From NCBI RefSeq assembly GCF_006345805.1, contig NC_043000.1, positions 152,024,001 to 152,088,000 on the forward strand: 64,000 nucleotides of DNA, read 5' to 3'. Shown one piece after another: positions 63,301 to 64,000 of this stretch. The notes beneath the pieces were generated by a model. The model saw only the letters and a list, made by a program, of their open reading frames with translations. It searched no databases and was not told where the DNA came from. The translations under genes and the position numbers were made by a program. Origin of the DNA: Octopus sinensis. Lineage: Eukaryota. Position 1 is the stretch's first letter; the number at the start of each line of letters is the position of its first letter.

Positions 63301-63722
63301 ACATTCGAGTGTGATCGTTACCAGTGTCAACTTACTGGCACTTGAGACCCGTGCTAGTAGGGTGCTAAGAGCATCACCTGAGCTTGATCGTTGCCAGAGT
63401 GGCTAACTGGCCTCCAAGCCAGTGGCACGTAAAAGGCACCATTTGAGCGTGATCGTTACCAGCATCGCCTTACCGGCACCTGTGCCGGTGGCATGTGTAA
63501 AAAGATTCGAGCGAGGTCGTTGCCTGTGCCGCCTGACTGGCGCCCGTGCCGGTGGCACATAAAAGCACCCACTACACTCTCGGAGTGGTTGGCGTTAGGA
63601 AGGGCATCCAGCTGTAGAAACTGCCAGATCAAGATTGGAGCCTGGTGCAGCCATCTGGTTCGCCAGCCCTTAGTCAAATCGTCCAACCCATACTAGCATG
63701 GAAAGCGGACGTTAAACGATGA
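63301..63722 (+). mobile_element. SINE-like family 3 in CDV3 intron 1
   Basis: Tandem units, core and 3' end. Confidence 0.83.
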
Positions 63723-64000
63723 ACAATAGTTTACTACTCTATCACTTTATGTTAATGTCTTCTATAAACACTTTATTAATGTCTCCTATAAACAAACTGT
63801 CTCCTCCAGCAGATTAATGTGCACAAACCATTGGAGTAAAACACCTTCCTTGAAAATACGTTAAGATTTGGTATGAGGGAAGACTTTCAGCAATTGAATA
63901 CAGCCTCAACAATTCTAGTCCAATTCATGCTGCATAGAGAAAAAAAATTTTAAACCGTGATAATGATGACAACCAAATAAAACAATTGATATAGTTGTCA

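Overview
AT-rich, repeat-dense eukaryotic genomic DNA. The SINE complement, CR1/RTE/Penelope remnants and large TA microsatellites suggest a coleoid cephalopod, probably Octopus (inference). Two host genes are supported, both on +. The first is the 3' part of a RUN-domain gene of the RUNDC3A/B (RPIP8) family: seven phase-compatible exons from 3268 to the stop at 35004, about 492 aa in the window, with the 5' exons upstream of the window. The second is the first coding exon of a CDV3 homologue (60653-60838). The rest is intronic or intergenic. It includes a complete but decayed hAT-Charlie/Buster transposon with an 8-bp TSD, two Tc1/mariner relics, piggyBac-type TTAA MITEs, a Penelope-like RT/GIY-YIG relic, CR1 and RTE LINE fragments, four SINE families, a 5x151-bp tandem array and several long hairpins. 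The most unusual signals are a 283-bp palindrome whose arms carry a minimal hammerhead-ribozyme fold with a G3:C8 core swap, a MITE that has captured intronic sequence from 7.7 kb away, 51- and 66-bp insertion-flanking duplications, and a mariner whose 5' end is an inverted copy of its own 3' end. Most ORFs in the supplied track are repeat artefacts. Repeat boundaries are approximate unless TSD/TIR positions are given, and family names come from recalled motif similarity, not from database searches.
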